A stretch of 64,000 bases of DNA, taken from assembly GCA_965199955.1 (NCBI GenBank), contig CBDATQ010000001.1:1920001-1984000 (forward strand), read 5' to 3'. Below are positions 18,782 to 28,680 of the stretch, in pieces. Numbering within the stretch: position 1 is the first letter of the stretch; each line of letters starts with the position of its first letter. This stretch comes from Spirochaetia bacterium (GTDB lineage Bacteria > Spirochaetota > Spirochaetia > SZUA-6 > Bin103). The notes below the pieces were generated by a model, which made no database searches, had not been told where the DNA came from, and worked only from the letters and a program-made list of their open reading frames with translations. The translations under genes were made by a program, and so were the position numbers.

Positions 18782-19286
18782 ATTCGTGCTTTACTGTCTC
18801 GTACGCTCTCTTGGCACATTCTTGGTTGAGGGAATCATCAAGTGGGATTTCGCGCGGAACGACGTCGACGATATCTGTCGCTCTGCGTTCCAGATCTTCG
18901 CACCGTTTCAAGACTTCGTCGCCATCCATCCGGCTTATCTCAGCCCACAGTCGCCGCCATTCTCGTGCGAGGGCGGAACACTCCTTCGCAACGCCTGCTG
19001 CCGTTGCGGCCTTTTCAGCATGTCCGAAGACCCTGGACCAGATTGCAGCGAGGGCGACCAGAAGGTTGAGGCAGATCGCTACGACAGGTGGCAGGCCGCC
19101 CACCGTGGTCACGACGGCACCCGACGCTCCGAACGCTATGAAGACATTCGTCAGGTTGCTGAGCTTGCGCATCCTGGCCGCGATGGAGGCGAAGTAGAGG
19201 TGCTCTCTGTCGGTGTCCAGAAGGCCCAACCAGACGCGAGTGGCGATCTGGTCTTCAAACGTGGTTTCCGCCTGCATCTCGCTCAT
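18768..19286 (-). CDS. Two-transmembrane SLATT-like membrane protein
   Basis: GGAGGA RBS; N-terminal helix, two hydrophobic segments (VFIAFGASGAVVTTV; VVAICLNLLVALAAIW), then a charged helical tail (EWRRLWAEI...). Confidence 0.6.
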   Translation of the reverse strand: MSEMQAETTFEDQIATRVWLGLLDTDREHLYFASIAARMRKLSNLTNVFIAFGASGAVVTTVGGLPPVVAICLNLLVALAAIWSRVFGHAEKAATAAGVAKECSALAREWRRLWAEISRMDGDEVLKRCEDLERRATDIVDVVPREIPLDDSLNQECAKRAYETVKHEYATS

Positions 19287-19358
19287 GGTGTCCTCCTGAC
19301 TCACATCTCGGCCGGATCTCATGAGACACCCATAGGGTGTTGTCGTTGCACAAAACCG

Positions 19359-20876
19359 TCAAGGCGAGCTTGCAGGCGCTTCGCCGGCCTCCTGAAGGAG
19401 CCGTCGCAGGCGCCGTCCACGCTCGGGCTCCGGGGCGTCACAGGACCGCCAGCTCCGGTCGGCGGCGATCACGTCGTGGGGGCTTCCGCCGCCTGCGGCG
19501 ATGCGGGCGTTGACCAGCGCGCCGAGCGCGTCGGTCTTGTGGGCGAGGTTTCCGGAGCGGTCGTTGAGGAGAATGCGAGCGTCAGTCGCGACCCGGCCGT
19601 CGGTCTCGGCCAGCATCCGCAGGCCGGTGTGGAGCACGTCTCGGATCAGCGGCGCCCGCGACAGGCCGCCGGTCAGCACGAAGGTGCTGATCCGCTCGGC
19701 GGCGGACGGGAGCATCGCCCGCACTCGGTCGAGCATCTCCAGGGAGATCGAGCACTGGATGCTGGCGGTCTGCGCGGCCAGGTCCAGGCCGGCGAGCTCC
19801 GGCCAGCCGGTGCGGTCGGGGTCTGGCTCGGGGACACGGACGATCCGTTCGGGGTCGGACGCCATCGCCAGGCCGTTCAGCTCGTCGTAATCCGTCCCGG
19901 GCGCGGTTTCGGCGCGGAACTGTTCGTACCAGGCCCCGCACTGCGCCAGCATCAGCAGGAACAGGCGATCGTCCCAGTATTCGAAGCCCAGGGCGTCTCC
20001 GCTGGGTCGGCTGGCGTGCGGCGCCGGCAGGTTGACCGAACCGCTGGTCCCCAGCGACAGCACCATGGTGTCGTACTCGGTAGCGCCGCAGCCGGCAGCG
20101 GAGGCGTGGTTGTCGCCGAGCATCGCCGCGGTCTTCCAGCCGCGGAGCTGGTCGGTCAGCTCGCGCCAAGCCGGGGCCGCGGACGGTACGACGGCGCCGA
20201 CAACGCCGCTGGAAGCGATCACTGGGGGAAACCACTCCGGCCGCAGGTTGCCGCCGAGGAGCCGGCCGGCCTCTCTGAGCGGCGCGGTCGCGAGTTCCTT
20301 GGTCTGCTGGTCGAGCAATCCGTTGGAGAGCGCGTCGGAGGAGCTCAGGCGGTATCGGCCGCCGGTGAGCCGCCCGGCCAGCCAGTCGCCGCTGGTCATC
20401 GCCGTGTGCAGCTCGTCGCGCAGGCGCGGCTCCTGCTGCAACGCCCAGGGGAGCTTGGCGGCGACGAATCGGGCCTCGACGGAGCCGACCGCATCCCGGA
20501 ACGCCGGAAGGCCGTTGAGCGCATCGGTCTGCGCGCCGGCCAGGTTGCACTGCCAGCTCAGAGCAGGAATCAGCGGCTCGCCGTCGTGGCCCACAAGTAC
20601 CAGGTCGTGCTGTCGCCACGCCTGGCTGAGATGGCCCGGCTCGGAGAGGTCCCAGCCGTCGTCGCCGAGGCGCGTCAGCAACTCCAGCACCATGCCGGGA
20701 AGCGCCTGCAGGTCGAATGCCGGGCTCCCATGCCATTCGACCGCGCCGGCCATCGGCAGACTCACGTATCCCTCGGTCCCGTCCTCGGCCGCGGCCGCCA
20801 GGCCGCACTCCGTGGTCGAGCACACCAGGCCGAGATAGCGGGCAGAGCGAGGACGAGCGCCGGTCTGTTTTGACAT
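19359..20876 (-). CDS. FGGY family carbohydrate kinase (xylulokinase-like)
   Basis: QHDLVLV..G.PLIPALSW, AKLPW, GDNHAS, SLGTSG and TGGLS. Confidence 0.8.
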   Translation of the reverse strand: MSKQTGARPRSARYLGLVCSTTECGLAAAAEDGTEGYVSLPMAGAVEWHGSPAFDLQALPGMVLELLTRLGDDGWDLSEPGHLSQAWRQHDLVLVGHDGEPLIPALSWQCNLAGAQTDALNGLPAFRDAVGSVEARFVAAKLPWALQQEPRLRDELHTAMTSGDWLAGRLTGGRYRLSSSDALSNGLLDQQTKELATAPLREAGRLLGGNLRPEWFPPVIASSGVVGAVVPSAAPAWRELTDQLRGWKTAAMLGDNHASAAGCGATEYDTMVLSLGTSGSVNLPAPHASRPSGDALGFEYWDDRLFLLMLAQCGAWYEQFRAETAPGTDYDELNGLAMASDPERIVRVPEPDPDRTGWPELAGLDLAAQTASIQCSISLEMLDRVRAMLPSAAERISTFVLTGGLSRAPLIRDVLHTGLRMLAETDGRVATDARILLNDRSGNLAHKTDALGALVNARIAAGGGSPHDVIAADRSWRSCDAPEPERGRRLRRLLQEAGEAPASSP

Positions 20877-20911
20877 CGCAACTACCTTGCGCTCATCCTA
20901 ATCCATGTCAG

Positions 20912-21526
20912 ATGAACAAACTATCTGACCGAAACGAATACGAGCTGCCTGCGGAGTACGACTTCGCGGGGAAGGAGCCGGTACGCGGGCGGTTCCATTC
21001 CCGCAAGAAGAACTCGATCACCGATCCTCTCGCCATCCGACCGGCGCGCGCGGCGGACGCCGAGGCGGTCGCACGCATCTACGTCGACTCCTGGAATGCC
21101 TCATTCGGGGAGCTGCTGTCGCGAACGGATCGAACCGTAGAGCCGGAGTTGGTCGCGCGCTGGCGGCGGGGCTTTTCCCGGCCTGTCCCGCACCGGTCGT
21201 GGGTTGCCGAGCGCTCGGGAACGATCGTCGGGTGCGTCCAGATCGGTCCGAGCCGCGATCCCGTGGATCCATCGATCGGCGAACTGCACAGTATCTTCGT
21301 CGATGAGCCATATTGGCGCATGGGAGTCGGCAGCGCGCTGTGTGCGGTCGCTCATCGCCATCTCCTGAGGGACGGCTATCGCGTCTCGATACTGTGGACC
21401 GTCGCCGGCTATCGCCAGGGCATCGCCTTCTACGAGGCGATGGGGTGGCGCCGGGACGGCGGCATTCGCGACCGGGGACGGCAGATCCGCTTCCGCCGCG
21501 AGCCGATGACTCACGGGCCCGGCTGA
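20912..21526 (+). CDS. GNAT acetyltransferase with N-terminal BrnA-antitoxin-like leader
   Basis: IRPARAADA, GELHSIFV..YWRMGVGSAL and FYEAMGW; leader ELPAEYDFAGKEPVRGRF; true start uncertain. Confidence 0.75.
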   Translation: MNKLSDRNEYELPAEYDFAGKEPVRGRFHSRKKNSITDPLAIRPARAADAEAVARIYVDSWNASFGELLSRTDRTVEPELVARWRRGFSRPVPHRSWVAERSGTIVGCVQIGPSRDPVDPSIGELHSIFVDEPYWRMGVGSALCAVAHRHLLRDGYRVSILWTVAGYRQGIAFYEAMGWRRDGGIRDRGRQIRFRREPMTHGPG

Positions 21527-21544
21527 CGGCCGGGAGCGGGTAGA

Positions 21545-22190
21545 TCAGGCGTCGGGCGTGGCCGTTTCGCGGCGGCGCTCGCGCAGGGCCTGGAGTTGGA
21601 GGCCGGTCTCGGTTCCGAAGGAAACCGAGCGCGGGAGCGGCAGCAGGGTCTTCGCGAACAGCAGCTCGCGGCGCTCGCGCGCATTGCGCGGCAGGTCGCC
21701 CGTGTGGTAGATGGAGACCGAGGTCTCCAGGTAGCCGCAGGTCGGGAGGTCGGGGGAGGCGCTCTCGCCGCTCTCCACTACTTCCACCGCGATGCCTTCG
21801 AGGTCGCGCGGGCGGCTGGACGGGAACTCGCGGCCGGCACCGATGAGACTGCTCGTGACGCCCGGGTGGAGCACCTGCACGCGGTCCGGTGCGACGCTCT
21901 TCATGATCGGCAGGTCGCGCTCGAAGGCCGCGTCTCCGTAAACCTGTGCCACCGGCTGCGCGGGCTCGACGCACCCCGGACTCGCGTAGAGCCGCCGGAA
22001 CCGGTCTCCCCGGCAAAGCCGCTGCAGGGTGGGCGGATGACAGTGATCGAAGTGCTCGTGCGTGATGAAGAGGTAGTCGTAGACCGGCTCCGTGGCGGTC
22101 AACGCCTCCGAAGAAGTAGGGATCGAAGGCGACGCCGACGCTCGGAAAGCGCGCTTCGCAGCCGCCGCACCCGGACCAGCGAAGATGCAT
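21545..22190 (-). pseudogene. MBL-fold metallo-hydrolase (UlaG-like), frameshifted and truncated
   Basis: ATG 22190 gives MHLRWSGCGG..AFDPYF; a different frame carries ITHEHFDHCH and YHTGDL, after which homology ends. Confidence 0.72.
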
Positions 22191-22238
22191 CGTCCCGGAA
22201 CCGCTCGGTGGGATGACCGCGCCCGGCATGGCGGTCGC

Positions 22239-23192
22239 CTAATCGACCGGGACGGGCCCGAGCTCTTCGAAGATCGCCAGCGCAGCGTCGAAGAGGGCGC
22301 GGTCCGCCGGCTCCGCGGCTGCGTCGACCACTTCGTCCACCTGCGCCACCGTGTTCAGCCCGACGATCAGGCTCGACACGATCGGGTGGGCGAGCGCGAA
22401 GCGGACCGCGAAGTTCGTGATCGACGCCGGTCCCAGGCGCTCCCGGATCACCGCCAGGCGATCGTAGGCGCGGTCCCACGACCGTTCGCGCATGCGGTCG
22501 TCGTCCGGCAGCGCATGGCGGTCGGCGCGCCGGTCCGTGAGCAGCCCGGCCAGGAACGGCCGGATGCACAGGAACCCGCCGCCGCTTCGCTCGAGCGCGG
22601 GAAAGAAGCGGGCTATCTCCATCTCGATCACGTTGTAGTAGGCGACCAGGCCGGAAAAGGTACCGGTCGCGAGGGCCGACTCGGCAAACCCCACCGTGTA
22701 TGGAAACGAGGACAGGTAGCCGACCTTGCCCTCGGCGCGGAGCGTCTCGAAGGTGTCGCGGAGCGGTTCGTAGATCGCGTCGATGTCCGGCAGCCGGCGC
22801 TCGTCGGTGTTCGGCTCCGCCCGCTGCAGGTGCTGGATGACCGCGATGCGGTCGGCGTGCAGCTCGGCGAGCGCTTCCTCCACGCGCAGGCGGAACTTCG
22901 CCGGGTCGAAGCGACCGCCGTCGTCAAAGTCGGGAACCGGAACCTTGATGACGTGGTGGATGTCGTGCCGGCGCGGATGGTTGGCCAGCACCGGCGCCAT
23001 CGACCATCGGGTCCCGTACTCGTAGCTGGAATGGAGGAAGTTGACGCCGCGCTCCAGCGCGCGCTCGAGCGCTCTCCTGCCGTTCCTGGACACGTCGTCG
23101 TCGCTGCCGTCCCGGTTCGCGAAACGCATCGGGCCGAAGCAGATCGGCGATACCTCCAGGTCGGTGGTTCCGAATCTTCGAAGCTGCATCAT
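22239..23192 (-). CDS. Aldo/keto reductase
   Basis: RRFGTTDLEVSPICFG, ALERGVNF, YYN and RFALAHPIVSSLIVG; GGAGG RBS. Confidence 0.88.
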   Translation of the reverse strand: MMQLRRFGTTDLEVSPICFGPMRFANRDGSDDDVSRNGRRALERALERGVNFLHSSYEYGTRWSMAPVLANHPRRHDIHHVIKVPVPDFDDGGRFDPAKFRLRVEEALAELHADRIAVIQHLQRAEPNTDERRLPDIDAIYEPLRDTFETLRAEGKVGYLSSFPYTVGFAESALATGTFSGLVAYYNVIEMEIARFFPALERSGGGFLCIRPFLAGLLTDRRADRHALPDDDRMRERSWDRAYDRLAVIRERLGPASITNFAVRFALAHPIVSSLIVGLNTVAQVDEVVDAAAEPADRALFDAALAIFEELGPVPVD

Positions 23193-23205
23193 GCCTCCCC
23201 GCAGA

Positions 23206-24096
23206 TCATCCTACCCGCTCGAACTTCTGCAGGCGCTCTTCATCGGCAACGTACAGGTCGCCGTGCGAATCGGTGCAGATGCCGTGAAGGAACGACGGGA
23301 ACCGTCCGGGCGGGTCGCCCTGCTGCCCCCACCGCGAGAGCACGGCTCCGTCCTGGTCGTAGATGGTGATCCGCTGGTAGCACTCGGCCACGTAGATCAC
23401 GCCCTCGCCGTCGACGTGGACGTCCATGGGCTGCCGCAGGTCGCCGACGCCCCAGATCGCGAGCAGGATGCCGTCGCGGCCGAAGAGCTGCAGCCGGTAG
23501 TTCTCCCGGTCGACCACCACCAGCCGCCCGCGGCCGTCCACCGCCAGGCTGTGCGGCAGGTTGAACTGCCCGTCGCCGCCGCCGGCGGTGCCGAACGAAA
23601 GCTCCAGGGCACCGTCGGCGGAGAACCGATGGATGCGCGCGTTGCCGTAGCCGTCGGCGACCCAGATGCCGCCCGTGTCCGGATCGACGACCGCCTGGCA
23701 CGGCTTGTTGAACGGCTCGCCCGGGGCGCCTGCTCGGTTGACCGTCCCCAGGGTCCGCTCGAGCTCGCCGTCGCGGGTGAACACGCGCACCGTGTGGTCG
23801 TTGCGGTCGGTGCAGAGCACCCGGCCGTCTGCGCTGACCGAGACGTTGTGCGCCTCCGCGAACGTGCCGGCGCCCCACGAGCCGACGAACCTCCCGTCGC
23901 ACTCGTAGACCAGCACCTCCCCCTCCGGTTCGCGCTGAAACGCGTACAGCCGGTCGCGATCGGCGTCGCCGGTGCCCACCGCCACGCCGGTCACCATGCC
24001 GCCGGGTTCGCGGCCCTGCGGTCCTGCGCCCCAGCCGGGCACGGCGCGGTAGCGGTGGCTGCCATCGCCCCAGATCTGCGCTCGGTCTTCACTCAC
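23206..24096 (-). CDS. NHL-repeat beta-propeller protein (peptidyl-alpha-hydroxyglycine lyase-like)
   Basis: Repeated FNKP/FNLPH..AVD..VADGYGNARIHRF and DRENYRLQLF units. Confidence 0.88.
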   Translation of the reverse strand: MSEDRAQIWGDGSHRYRAVPGWGAGPQGREPGGMVTGVAVGTGDADRDRLYAFQREPEGEVLVYECDGRFVGSWGAGTFAEAHNVSVSADGRVLCTDRNDHTVRVFTRDGELERTLGTVNRAGAPGEPFNKPCQAVVDPDTGGIWVADGYGNARIHRFSADGALELSFGTAGGGDGQFNLPHSLAVDGRGRLVVVDRENYRLQLFGRDGILLAIWGVGDLRQPMDVHVDGEGVIYVAECYQRITIYDQDGAVLSRWGQQGDPPGRFPSFLHGICTDSHGDLYVADEERLQKFERVG

Positions 24097-24326
24097 GGAA
24101 TCCCCCTGATGCGTGCCACGTGTTCACGGAGAGTGTCCATCTTTACGCCGAATGCCTTCTCGATGCGAAGCGCCATGGTTCCGGACAGGTCGGAGCGGCC
24201 GTTGAGAAACGTCGACAACGTAGGGCGCGAAACGCCGAGCACGGCCGCGGCGGCGGCAACGGTCAAGCCAAGGGGCTCGATGATCTCGGTCCTCACGAAC
24301 TCCCCGGGGTGGGGTGGGTTGAGCAT
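24093..24326 (-). pseudogene. higA: HigA family antitoxin, C-terminally truncated, with no adjacent higB
   Basis: MLNPPHPGEFVRTEIIEPLGLTV..AA..LGVSRPTLS..LNG..MALRIEKAFG. Confidence 0.75.
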
Positions 24327-24339
24327 GCGCACACCGACC

Positions 24340-24699
24340 CGGACATGGCGGACGCCGCCTTGCCGGAGAGAGATGCCGTCCGCGTCCGGTACCGCAGCGT
24401 CCAGACTCGCGAGCCGGTCTTCCGGGTGCGCCTGGATGCGGGCTCCCGCGGCCTGCAGGTAGGCGCGGTAGCGGTTCTGGTCGAAGTCCTGTGGGTAGCG
24501 AAAGCGCTGGTTGACGCTCTCGCCGAAGTGATAATCGCCGGCCTGAAGCACGAGTCGCCGTATCTCGGCGGTGCTGAGCTTCTGCGTCGTCGCCCCTGCC
24601 TCAGGTAGAAGCCTTAATTGCAGTGATACGGTTGAATTCGGGGCGCTGCCCTTCCCCTTCGGCCAGGAGGAGGGCGAGGCGGCTGGCCGGGTCGATCAT
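24340..24699 (-). pseudogene. Remnant of a Schlafen/AlbA_2-domain regulator gene
   Basis: ATG 24699 gives MIDPASRLALLLAEGEGQRPEF, then in another frame GATTQKLSTAEIRRL..F.YP.DFD; runs in frame into higA. Confidence 0.55.
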
Positions 24700-24898
24700 C
24701 GTAGCCAATGTACCGAGGCAGGTCTCCGGCGTACAGCATTTTCGGCGCAAATAAGGGGCAAATGCGGCGCATTTATGCTCACGGTCGCCGACTCGTATGG
24801 CCCTGCACGCAACGCACGAGGACGAGTCCGGTCGAGGAGAAGCAGGGCCGTCGGCTGCGACTGTGAGCGCCGTGCGTCCTGGACTACACTCCGCGGCC

Positions 24899-26053
24899 AT
24901 GCGTATCACACAGGTGGGAGCGGCGCTGGTCGAGTCGGGCTGGGTGCTGATCAGGGTCCGCACCGACGGCGGGATCACCGGTTTGGGCGAGGCATACCAC
25001 GGCGCGGGCGTGCACCAGATCGCCGTCGACGACCGCCTGACGAAGGCGCTCATCGGGCAGGACCCGCGCAACGTCAATCGCCTCTTCAAGGACATGATGG
25101 GGGCCATGTCCGCCTCCGGGTTCTACCAGGGGGCGGTGATGAGCGCCATCAGCGGCATCGAGATGGCCTTGTGGGACATCACCGGCCAGGCCTGCGGCCA
25201 GCCCATCTGGCGCATGCTGGGCGGCTGCTACCGCGACACCATCCGCATTTACGCCGACTGCCACGCCGGCGACCAGGAGACGCCCGCCTCGTATGTGGAG
25301 AAGGCGCGCGCGGTGGAGGCGTGCGGCTTCTCCGCGCTCAAGTTCGACATCGACCCGCTGCCGCAGATGCGCGACAAGCACAGCCGGGGGCTCTCGAGCG
25401 CCGAGATCGACCACTACGTCGAGGTGGTGACGGCGCTCCGCGAGGGGATCGATCCGGCCACCGAGCTGGCCATCGACGCGCACTGGTACTACCCGCCGGT
25501 GGACATCCTCAAGGTCGCGCACCGCCTGGAGGGGCTGGACCTGCTCTGGCTGGAGGACCCGATCCCGCCGGAGAACGTGGCCGCCATGCGCGAAGTGAAA
25601 CGCCAGACCACCCTGCCGATCTGCACGGGCGAGAACTTCTACACCCGCCACGGGTTCCGCGAGCTGGTGGAGACGCAGGCGGCCGACATCATCTGTCCGG
25701 ACATCGCCAAGGCCGGCGGCCTGGCCGAGAGCAAGCGCATCGCCGAGATAGGCGAGCTCTACTACCTGCCGCTGGCGCCGCACAACGTGTGCAGCCCGGT
25801 CGGCACCTACGCGATGGCGCACGTGTGCGCGACGGTGCCCAACTTCCTGGTGCTGGAGTACCATTTCCACCACGACCCGAACTGGCCGCTGTTCGTGCGT
25901 GCGGCGGACCCGGCCCGGAGCCCGCTCGGCCCCGACGGTCACCTGATCCAGGACGGCTACGTGCGGATGACGGAGGCCCCGGGCCTGGGACTCGTCCCCG
26001 ACGAGGCGCATGTGCAGGCGCGGCTGCGGGAGGACCTGGGTTTCCTGAGCTGA
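24899..26053 (+). CDS. Enolase superfamily acid-sugar dehydratase (gluconate/galactonate dehydratase-like)
   Basis: AISGIEMALWDI, ALKFD, AIDAHW, WLEDP, CTGEN and APHN. Confidence 0.9.
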   Translation: MRITQVGAALVESGWVLIRVRTDGGITGLGEAYHGAGVHQIAVDDRLTKALIGQDPRNVNRLFKDMMGAMSASGFYQGAVMSAISGIEMALWDITGQACGQPIWRMLGGCYRDTIRIYADCHAGDQETPASYVEKARAVEACGFSALKFDIDPLPQMRDKHSRGLSSAEIDHYVEVVTALREGIDPATELAIDAHWYYPPVDILKVAHRLEGLDLLWLEDPIPPENVAAMREVKRQTTLPICTGENFYTRHGFRELVETQAADIICPDIAKAGGLAESKRIAEIGELYYLPLAPHNVCSPVGTYAMAHVCATVPNFLVLEYHFHHDPNWPLFVRAADPARSPLGPDGHLIQDGYVRMTEAPGLGLVPDEAHVQARLREDLGFLS

Positions 26054-26121
26054 CTGGGGCTTCCTGAGCTGACCGGCGTCGGGTCGCGTCCCCGACCGTG
26101 CGCGGGTATGGTACCGGCGCG

Positions 26122-27888
26122 ATGAGCAACCTCGATCCCGTCACCATGGCGGACTGGCAGATCAGCCAGGCCGCCGAGCGCGACATGAAGAGCGTGCAGC
26201 AGCTCGCGGACGAGCTCGGGCTCGAACCGCACGAGGTCCTGCCGTACGGCCACCACGTCGGCAAGGTGGACCAGGCGAGCGTGCTCCGGCGGCTCGCGGG
26301 CCGCCCCGACGGCAAGTACGTGAACGTCACCGCCATCACGCCCACCACGCTGGGCGAGGGCAAGACCACCACCACGATGGGGCTGGTGGAAGGGCTGGCC
26401 GCCATCGGCAAACGCGTCACCGGCGCGATCCGCCAGCCCTCGGGCGGCCCGACCTTCAACATCAAGGGCTCGGCGGCCGGCGGCGGGCTGGCGCAGTGCA
26501 TCCCGCTGAACGACCTCAGCCTGGGCCTGACCGGCGACATCGACGCCATCACCAGCGCCCACAACCTGGCGATGGTCGCGCTCACCAGCCGCCTGCAGCA
26601 CGAGGCCAACTACGGCGACCGGAGCCTGGCGCGCAGAAAGCTCCGCCGCCTGGACGTCGACCCGCGCACCGTCACCATGGGCTGGGCGATGGACTTCAGC
26701 GCGCAGGCGCTGCGCGACATCGTCATCGGGCTCGGCGGCCGCATGGACGGCCTGATGATGCGCAGCCACTTCCAGATCTCGGTCTCGTCCGAGGTCATGG
26801 CGATCCTGGCGGTCGCCGCCGACCTGGCGGACCTGCGCGCGCGCCTCGGGCGCATCGTCATGGCCCACGCCCGCGACGGCAGCCCGGTCACCACCGCCAA
26901 CCTCGAGGTGGACGGCGCCATGGCCGCGATCATGGCGCGCGCCATCAACCCCAACCTGATGCAGACGGTCGAGGGGCAGCCGGTGCTCGTGCACGCCGGG
27001 CCGTTCGCGAACATCGCCATCGGCCAGTCGTCGATCGTCGCCGACCGGGTGGGACTGAAGCTCGCCGAATACCACGTGACCGAGAGCGGCTTCGGCGCCG
27101 ACATCGGCTTCGAGAAGTTCTGGAACCTCAAGTGCCGGCTGAGCGGACTGACCCCCGACTGCGCGGTGGTGGTGGCGACCATCCGGGCGCTGAAGATGCA
27201 CGGCGGCGGCCCGCGCGTGGTGCCGGGCAAGGCGCTGGACGCCGCCTACACGGAGGGCAATCCCGCGCTTGTGGAGCAGGGGACCCCGAACCTGCTGGCG
27301 CACCTGGCCACGGTGCAGAAGAGCGGCGTGCGGCCGGTCGTCTGCCTCAACCACTTCCTCACCGACACGGACGAGGAGGTGGCCCTGGTGCGGCGCGCGG
27401 TCGAGGCGCAGGGCGGCACCTGCGTGGTGAGCCGCCACTGGCGCCACGGCGGCGCCGGAGCGCGCGACCTGGCGGAGGCGGTGGCCGCGGCGTGCGACGA
27501 GCCGGCCGGGTTCCGCTATCTCTACCCGGACACGCTGCCGTTGCGCGAGCGCATCGAGCGCATCACCACCGAGGTGTACGGCGGCGCCGGCGTGACCTAC
27601 GCGCCAGCGGCACGAGCGCGGCTGAAGGAGATGGAGGAGGATGCGGCGCTGGCCGGCCTCGGGACCTGCATGGTCAAGACCCACCTCAGCCTCAGCCACG
27701 ACCCGGCGCTGAAGGGCCGGCCCACCGGCTGGGAGCTGCCGGTGCGCGACATCCTGCTCTACCGCGGTGCCGGGCTGGCGGTGCCGGTGGCCGGCGACAT
27801 CAAGCTGATGCCCGGCACGGCCTCCGACCCCGCGTTCCGGCGCATCGACGTGGACACGGCCACTGGGCGCATCACGGGCCTGCACTGA
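26122..27888 (+). CDS. fhs: Formate--tetrahydrofolate ligase
   Basis: [58 protein letters not shown] and MPG. Confidence 0.96.
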   Translation: MSNLDPVTMADWQISQAAERDMKSVQQLADELGLEPHEVLPYGHHVGKVDQASVLRRLAGRPDGKYVNVTAITPTTLGEGKTTTTMGLVEGLAAIGKRVTGAIRQPSGGPTFNIKGSAAGGGLAQCIPLNDLSLGLTGDIDAITSAHNLAMVALTSRLQHEANYGDRSLARRKLRRLDVDPRTVTMGWAMDFSAQALRDIVIGLGGRMDGLMMRSHFQISVSSEVMAILAVAADLADLRARLGRIVMAHARDGSPVTTANLEVDGAMAAIMARAINPNLMQTVEGQPVLVHAGPFANIAIGQSSIVADRVGLKLAEYHVTESGFGADIGFEKFWNLKCRLSGLTPDCAVVVATIRALKMHGGGPRVVPGKALDAAYTEGNPALVEQGTPNLLAHLATVQKSGVRPVVCLNHFLTDTDEEVALVRRAVEAQGGTCVVSRHWRHGGAGARDLAEAVAAACDEPAGFRYLYPDTLPLRERIERITTEVYGGAGVTYAPAARARLKEMEEDAALAGLGTCMVKTHLSLSHDPALKGRPTGWELPVRDILLYRGAGLAVPVAGDIKLMPGTASDPAFRRIDVDTATGRITGLH

Positions 27889-27981
27889 CAGGCAGTCGGG
27901 AGGCTGCTGCCCGCGGTCGGTAGCGCGGCGGCGGTATCAGGTGAGCAGGTACGGTATCAAGTGGGCGGGTAGTCTCCGCCG

Positions 27982-28263
27982 TCAATACCCGAGCTCCGAA
28001 TGGGACCCGAGGCGAACGAGCCGCAGCGTTGCGGCGTCGGGCTTGTGATAGATCAGCACCAGATCGGGCTTCACGTGGCAATCGCGGTGATCTTTCCAGG
28101 CTCCGCTCAGCGCATGGTCGTGGTGCCGACGCTCCAGTGACTCGTCGTTGGCCAGAGCAACCAGGACGGGCACCAGGTCGGCGTCGAGCGACTCCCGGTG
28201 CCGGCCCCTGGCCTCACGTTTGTAGTCGCGTCTGAACTGGCTGGTACGCTCAATCTTGCGCAT
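27982..28263 (-). CDS. yafQ: YafQ family mRNA interferase toxin
   Basis: F.RDYKR, DHALSGAWKDHRDCHVKPDLVLIY and RLGSHSEL. Confidence 0.93.
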   Translation of the reverse strand: MRKIERTSQFRRDYKREARGRHRESLDADLVPVLVALANDESLERRHHDHALSGAWKDHRDCHVKPDLVLIYHKPDAATLRLVRLGSHSELGY

Positions 28264-28513
28264 GCAGATCGTCCATGAGCGACTGCACGCTGTTGAACTG
28301 GCGGAGGTCGCCCTTGCGGGCTTCCTTCATCGCCTCGATGGTGACGGCGTTCGGAATCAGCGGCGCGAACGGCAGCGCCCCTTCCTGCGCAACCCGGGTC
28401 AGCAGCAGCCGCACCGCATCGGAAACGGTCAGGCCCATCGCGGCCAGCACGGCGGCCGCTTCTTCCTTCACGGCTCCGTCGATGCGGGCCTGGACGAGCT
28501 GATTTGCAGCCAT
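28250..28513 (-). CDS. dinJ: RelB/DinJ family antitoxin
   Basis: VQARIDGAVKEEAAAVLAAMGLTVSDAVRLLL..LPF..PN..TIEAM; overlaps the toxin gene; GAGG RBS. Confidence 0.92.
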   Translation of the reverse strand: MAANQLVQARIDGAVKEEAAAVLAAMGLTVSDAVRLLLTRVAQEGALPFAPLIPNAVTIEAMKEARKGDLRQFNSVQSLMDDLHAQD

Positions 28514-28680
28514 GGTCGATCCTCGCCTTTGTAATAATGAATGACATTGTAATGCAAGGATGCCAAGCACAACAGGTACTCAAGCGATAGACAGCGGCAA
28601 ACTCAAGGTGCCTTCGGCTCCGGAGCTGACTGGCAGCATCGTGTTCGCGATTGAGCCCGATACCTGTTCTTGACACCGGC

